Shown here: piece after piece, positions 37,100 through 41,142 of the stretch | How positions within the stretch are numbered: position 1 is the stretch's first letter | Layout: every line of letters begins with the position of its first letter | DNA from: a virus | Lineage: Duplodnaviria > Heunggongvirae > Uroviricota > Caudoviricetes | Length of the DNA stretch: 41,142 nt | Direction: 5' to 3' (one strand) | IMG/VR virus record: IMGVR_UViG_2718218402_000007 | Span: 1-41,142 of that record | The notes under the pieces: generated by a model | The model's input: only the letters and a program-made list of their open reading frames with translations | The model's database searches: none | Told to the model about the DNA's origin: nothing | Translations under genes and position numbers: made by a program

Positions 37100-37636
37100 A
37101 TGTCATTTATTAAAACTTTTTCCGGGAAGCATTTTTATTATGACAGGATAAATAAAGACGACATCGTTATTAACGATATCGCGGTTTCCCTTTCAAATAT
37201 CTGTCGCTTTGCAGGACATCTTTCACACTTCTACAGTGTCGCCCAACATGCGGTGCTTTGCAGCCAGCTGGTGCCACAGGAATTTGCTTTTGAAGCTTTA
37301 ATGCATGATGCAACAGAAGCATATTGCCAGGACATCCCCGCACCACTGAAACGACTTCTTCCTGACTATAAACGGATGGAAGAAAAAATAGACGCCGTAA
37401 TACGTGAGAAATACGGGTTACCTCCTGTTATGAGCACGCCAGTGAAATATGCCGATCTCATTATGCTGGCAACCGAACGCCGCGATCTCGGGCTTGATGA
37501 TGGCTCTTTCTGGCCTGTACTGGAAGGTATCCCGGCAACAGAGATGTTCAAAGTGATTCCACAGGCACCGGGCCATGCCTACGGGATGTTTATGGAACGT
37601 TTTAACGAGTTATCGGAGTTACGCAAATGCGCATGA
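37100..37636 (+). CDS. HD-domain phosphohydrolase (YfdR-like)
   Basis: H...HD metal-binding signature (HFYSVAQH...LMHDATEAY); GTGGAG Shine-Dalgarno before ATG at 37100. Confidence 0.75.
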   Translation: MSFIKTFSGKHFYYDRINKDDIVINDIAVSLSNICRFAGHLSHFYSVAQHAVLCSQLVPQEFAFEALMHDATEAYCQDIPAPLKRLLPDYKRMEEKIDAVIREKYGLPPVMSTPVKYADLIMLATERRDLGLDDGSFWPVLEGIPATEMFKVIPQAPGHAYGMFMERFNELSELRKCA

Positions 37637-37989
37637 ATGTTTTCGAAATGGAAGGGTTTCTTCGTGGGAGATGTGTACCGCGAGATCTGAAAGTAAATGA
37701 AACAGATGCTGAATACCTGGTGCGTAAATTCGATGCGCTTGAAGCTAAATGTGCAGCACAGGAAAACAAAGTAATACCAGTGTCAGCTGAACTGCCACCA
37801 GCAAATGAAAGTGTTTTGTTATTCGATGCTAACGGAGAAGGCTGGCTAATTGGCTGGCGTTCTCTCTGGTACACCTGGGGACAAAAAGAAACCGGAGAAT
37901 GGCAGTGGACATTTCAGGTCGGGGACCTTGAAAACGTCAATATCACTCACTGGGCAATAATGCCAAAAGCACCGGAGGCTGGAGCATAA
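37627..37989 (+). CDS. Hypothetical early-left protein (120 aa)
   Basis: ATG at 37627 overlapping the upstream gene's 3' end; Trp-rich C-terminal region. Confidence 0.55.
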   Translation: MRMNVFEMEGFLRGRCVPRDLKVNETDAEYLVRKFDALEAKCAAQENKVIPVSAELPPANESVLLFDANGEGWLIGWRSLWYTWGQKETGEWQWTFQVGDLENVNITHWAIMPKAPEAGA

Positions 37990-38294
37990 TGATCACTTTT
38001 ACCGACAAAGAACTGATTAAAGAAATTAAAGAGCGTATCAGCAGCCTTGACGTGCGAGACGATATTGAGCGCCGTGCTTATGAAATCGCACTCCTATCGC
38101 TGGAAGTAGAACCAGATGAACGCGAAGCTTATGAATTATTCATGGAAAAGCGTTTCGGTGACTTAGTAGATCGTCGGAGAGCAAAAAACGGCGATAACGA
38201 ATACATGGCATGGGATATGACTCTCGGTTGGATCGTCTGGCAGCAACGAGCTGGTATCCATTTTTCAACAATGTCACAGCAAGAGGTGAAATAA
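37989..38294 (+). CDS. Hypothetical early-left protein (101 aa)
   Basis: ATG at 37989 in a TAATGA overlap with a GGAG Shine-Dalgarno. Confidence 0.55.
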   Translation: MITFTDKELIKEIKERISSLDVRDDIERRAYEIALLSLEVEPDEREAYELFMEKRFGDLVDRRRAKNGDNEYMAWDMTLGWIVWQQRAGIHFSTMSQQEVK

Positions 38295-38644
38295 TGGAGC
38301 CATACAGCCTCACACTCGATGAGGCCTGTCATTTTCTCAAGATATCCAGACCGACTGCCATTAACTGGATACGCACAGGGCGTCTTCAGGCAACACGCAA
38401 AGATCCCACTAAGAATAAATCTCCTTACCTCACAACACGACAAGCCTGCATTGCGGCTCTTCAGTCTCCGCTGCATACTGTCCAGGTGAGCGCGGGTGAT
38501 GGCATAACAGAGGAAAGAAAATGTCACTCTTCCGCAGAGGTGAAATATGGTACGCCAGTTTCACATTGCCGAACGGTAAAAGATTTAAACAGTCTCTTGG
38601 AACAAAGGACAAAAGGCAGGCGACAGAACTCCATGACAAGCTAA
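38294..38644 (+). CDS. xis: Excisionase-like DNA-binding protein (AlpA/Xis family)
   Basis: ATG at 38294 with GAGGTG Shine-Dalgarno; HTH segment [26 protein letters not shown]; immediately upstream of and overlapping int. The true C-terminus may be shorter than the ORF. Confidence 0.65.
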   Translation: MEPYSLTLDEACHFLKISRPTAINWIRTGRLQATRKDPTKNKSPYLTTRQACIAALQSPLHTVQVSAGDGITEERKCHSSAEVKYGTPVSHCRTVKDLNSLLEQRTKGRRQNSMTS

Positions 38645-39684
38645 AGGCTGAAGCATGGCGGGTCAGCAAACTTGGTGAAATACCTGATATAACGTTCGAG
38701 GAAGCGTGTGTCAGGTGGCTTGAAGAGAAAGCACATAAAAAATCACTGGACGATGACAAAAGCCGGATCGGATTCTGGCTTCAACATTTCGCAGGAATGC
38801 AACTAAGAGACATTACTGAATCAAAAATTTATTCAGCAATGCAGAAAATGACGAACCGGCGTCATGAGGAAAACTGGAAACTCAGGGCAGAAGCATGCAG
38901 AAAAAAAGGGAAACCTGTTCCAGAATACACGCCAAAACCAGCGTCCGTTGCAACGAAGGCTACGCATCTTTCATTTATAAAGGCCCTACTAAGAGCCGCA
39001 GAGCGTGAATGGAAAATGCTGGATAAGGCACCAATTATTAAAGTGCCTCAACCAAAGAATAAACGGATCCGCTGGCTGGAGCCCCATGAAGCACAAAGGC
39101 TGATTGATGAATGTCCGGAGCCATTAAAGTCTGTTGTTGAATTTGCACTGGCAACAGGCTTAAGACGCTCGAACATCATCAACCTTGAATGGCAACAAAT
39201 AGATATGCAGCGCCGGGTGGCATGGATAAACCCGGAAGAGAGTAAATCAAACCGCGCAATTGGCGTTGCGCTGAATGATACTGCATGTCGCGTATTGAAA
39301 AAACAAATCGGGAATCATCACCGTTGGGTATTTGTGTACAAGGAAAGCTGTACCAAACCAGACGGAACGAAAGCGCCAACGGTCAGGAAGATGCGGTATG
39401 ACGCAAACACAGCCTGGAAAGCGGCGCTGAGACGAGCAGGTATTGATGATTTCAGATTTCACGACTTGAGACACACCTGGGCAAGTTGGCTGGTTCAAGC
39501 CGGAGTCCCGTTGTCAGTGTTACAGGAAATGGGAGGCTGGGAGTCTATCGAAATGGTTCGTCGATATGCTCACCTCGCACCTAATCACCTTACCGAACAT
39601 GCACGGCAAATAGACTCGATCCTGAACCCATCGGTCCCAAATTTGTCCCAGTCAAAAAATAAGGAAGGTACTAGTGATGTGTAA
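38521..39684 (+). CDS. int: Tyrosine integrase (lambda Int family)
   Basis: 387 aa with the conserved C-terminal catalytic region (...[17 protein letters not shown]...VRRYAHL); stop codon 14 bp from the tRNA 3' end. Confidence 0.92.
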   Translation: MSLFRRGEIWYASFTLPNGKRFKQSLGTKDKRQATELHDKLKAEAWRVSKLGEIPDITFEEACVRWLEEKAHKKSLDDDKSRIGFWLQHFAGMQLRDITESKIYSAMQKMTNRRHEENWKLRAEACRKKGKPVPEYTPKPASVATKATHLSFIKALLRAAEREWKMLDKAPIIKVPQPKNKRIRWLEPHEAQRLIDECPEPLKSVVEFALATGLRRSNIINLEWQQIDMQRRVAWINPEESKSNRAIGVALNDTACRVLKKQIGNHHRWVFVYKESCTKPDGTKAPTVRKMRYDANTAWKAALRRAGIDDFRFHDLRHTWASWLVQAGVPLSVLQEMGGWESIEMVRRYAHLAPNHLTEHARQIDSILNPSVPNLSQSKNKEGTSDV

Positions 39685-39698
39685 CTTATTGATTTAAA

Positions 39699-39774
39699 TG
39701 GTGCCGATAATAGGAGTCGAACCTACGACCTTCGCATTACGAATGCGCTGCTCTACCAACTGAGCTATATCGGC
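39699..39774 (-). tRNA. thrW: tRNA-Thr (anticodon CGU), thrW-like; prophage attachment site
   Basis: Reverse complement reads GCCGATATAGCTCAGTTGGTAGAGCAGCGCATTCGTAATGCGAAGGTCGTAGGTTCGACTCCTATTATCGGCACCA: cloverleaf with D and T arms, anticodon loop TTCGTAA, encoded CCA end. Confidence 0.9.
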
Positions 39775-39888
39775 CCTGAAAGGACATGTTCACGAACGTG
39801 AATCACGGTGGACAAGGTTAAAACTAACCGGGCGATGCGTCAATGGCCTTGTGAATCAAATGGCTACTTTTGCATCACCCGGTTTTAT

Positions 39889-41142
39889 TTACGCACGAAT
39901 GGTGTAATCACCAATGCCGATCCACTTGTAAGTGGTCAGTGCTTCCAGCCCCATTGGGCCACGCGCGTGGAGTTTTTGTGTGCTTACCGCCACTTCCGCA
40001 CCCAGACCAAACTGGCCGCCGTCGGTAAAACGCGTAGAGGCGTTAACGTAAACAGCGGACGAATCCACTTCGTTAACAAAACGCTGGGCGTTGCGCATAT
40101 CGCGGGTCAAGATCGCATCGGAGTGTTGTGTGCCGTGTTCACGAATATGGGCGATGGCATCGTCAAGATCGCTGACGATTTTGACGTTCAAATCTAATGA
40201 CAGAAACTCATCGTCATACTCTTCGGCTTTAACAGCAACCACCTTCGCAGGGCCTGTCTGCAACTGCGCCAGTGCAGCTGCATCTGCGTGTAATGTCACG
40301 CCGCTTTCCGCCATTTGTTTGCTTAATGCGGGCAGGAAGCTATCGGCGATGTTTTTATTCACCAGCAACGTTTCAACCGTATTACATGTGCTCGGACGCT
40401 GAGTTTTCGCGTTGACGATCACTTTTAATGCTTCAGCGATCTCTACACTTTCATCAACGTAAATATGGCATACGCCTATACCACCTGTGATCACCGGGAT
40501 TGTCGACTGTTCACGGCACAGTTTATGCAAACCAGCGCCACCACGCGGGATCAGCATGTCGATGTATTTATCCATACGCAGCATTTCACTGACCAGCGCA
40601 CGGTCAGGATTATCAATCGCCTGCACGGCACCCGCCGGTAAGCCGCAGGATTTCAGGGCGTCCTGAATCACCGCCACCGTTGCAGCGTTAGTGCGACACG
40701 TTTCTTTGCCACCGCGCAGGATCACCGCATTACCGGTTTTCAGGCACAGCGAAGCGACATCAACCGTCACGTTCGGGCGCGCTTCATAAATCACGCCAAT
40801 AACCCCCAGCGGTACGCGACGACGCTCAAGACGCAGGCCGCTGTCCAGTACGCTGCCATCGATTACCTGCCCCACCGGATCGGCGAGGTTACACACCTGG
40901 CGCACATCATCGGCAATGCCTTTCAGCCGTGCGGGCGTCAGTGCCAGACGGTCAAGCATCGCTTCGCCAAGGCCATTGGCACGCGCGTCAGCAACATCCT
41001 GGGCGTTAGCGTTGAGGATGATTTCGCTTTGTGCTTCCAGTTCATCGGCGATTTTTTCCAGCACGCGATTTTTTTCGCGGCTGGAGAGTTGCGCTAATTT
41101 ATACGAGGCTTGCTTCGCGGCAATGCCCATTTGTTCCAGCAT
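39889..41142 (-). CDS. proA: Gamma-glutamyl phosphate reductase ProA
   Basis: 417 aa starting [38 protein letters not shown], recognised as enterobacterial ProA; start codon is the last three bases of the window. Confidence 0.95.
   Translation of the reverse strand: MLEQMGIAAKQASYKLAQLSSREKNRVLEKIADELEAQSEIILNANAQDVADARANGLGEAMLDRLALTPARLKGIADDVRQVCNLADPVGQVIDGSVLDSGLRLERRRVPLGVIGVIYEARPNVTVDVASLCLKTGNAVILRGGKETCRTNAATVAVIQDALKSCGLPAGAVQAIDNPDRALVSEMLRMDKYIDMLIPRGGAGLHKLCREQSTIPVITGGIGVCHIYVDESVEIAEALKVIVNAKTQRPSTCNTVETLLVNKNIADSFLPALSKQMAESGVTLHADAAALAQLQTGPAKVVAVKAEEYDDEFLSLDLNVKIVSDLDDAIAHIREHGTQHSDAILTRDMRNAQRFVNEVDSSAVYVNASTRFTDGGQFGLGAEVAVSTQKLHARGPMGLEALTTYKWIGIGDYTIRA

Noticed and set aside
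39699-39774. Initial guess that the attachment tRNA is an arginine tRNA
   Set aside because: The anticodon loop reads TTCGTAA (anticodon CGU, threonine), and the neighbouring gene is proA, matching the proBA-thrW arrangement.

Overview
This window looks like an Escherichia/Shigella-type chromosome segment carrying a roughly 37-kb mosaic prophage integrated at tRNA-Thr(CGU) next to proA. From left to right: a truncated IS1 (1-331), the N-terminal fragment of a secreted protein cut by that IS1, an intact corA with its terminator, and a complete IS1 (2038-2805) with no target-site duplication. The prophage follows, with its far (attR-side) end apparently replaced by the IS1/corA block. It contains a GIY-YIG nuclease-like gene, a Pin/Gin-type invertase with an invertible tail-fibre segment, a Mu-like contractile-tail and baseplate block, an HK97-like head module (capsid, protease, portal, terminases, HNH endonuclease), a lysis cassette, an orphan DNA methyltransferase, Q antiterminator, RusA, an O-like replication gene with internal iterons, a cro/cI immunity switch, an early-left operon and xis/int. 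The most interesting candidate is an AT-rich two-gene cassette (27587-29124, plus strand, antisense to the late operon) with its own promoter, Shine-Dalgarno sites and a strong terminator. It encodes a 311-aa soluble protein plus a 189-aa four-helix membrane protein with no motif I recognise, an architecture resembling RexAB-like exclusion modules. All identifications rest on reading the translated ORFs and the DNA by eye; no database searches were run.
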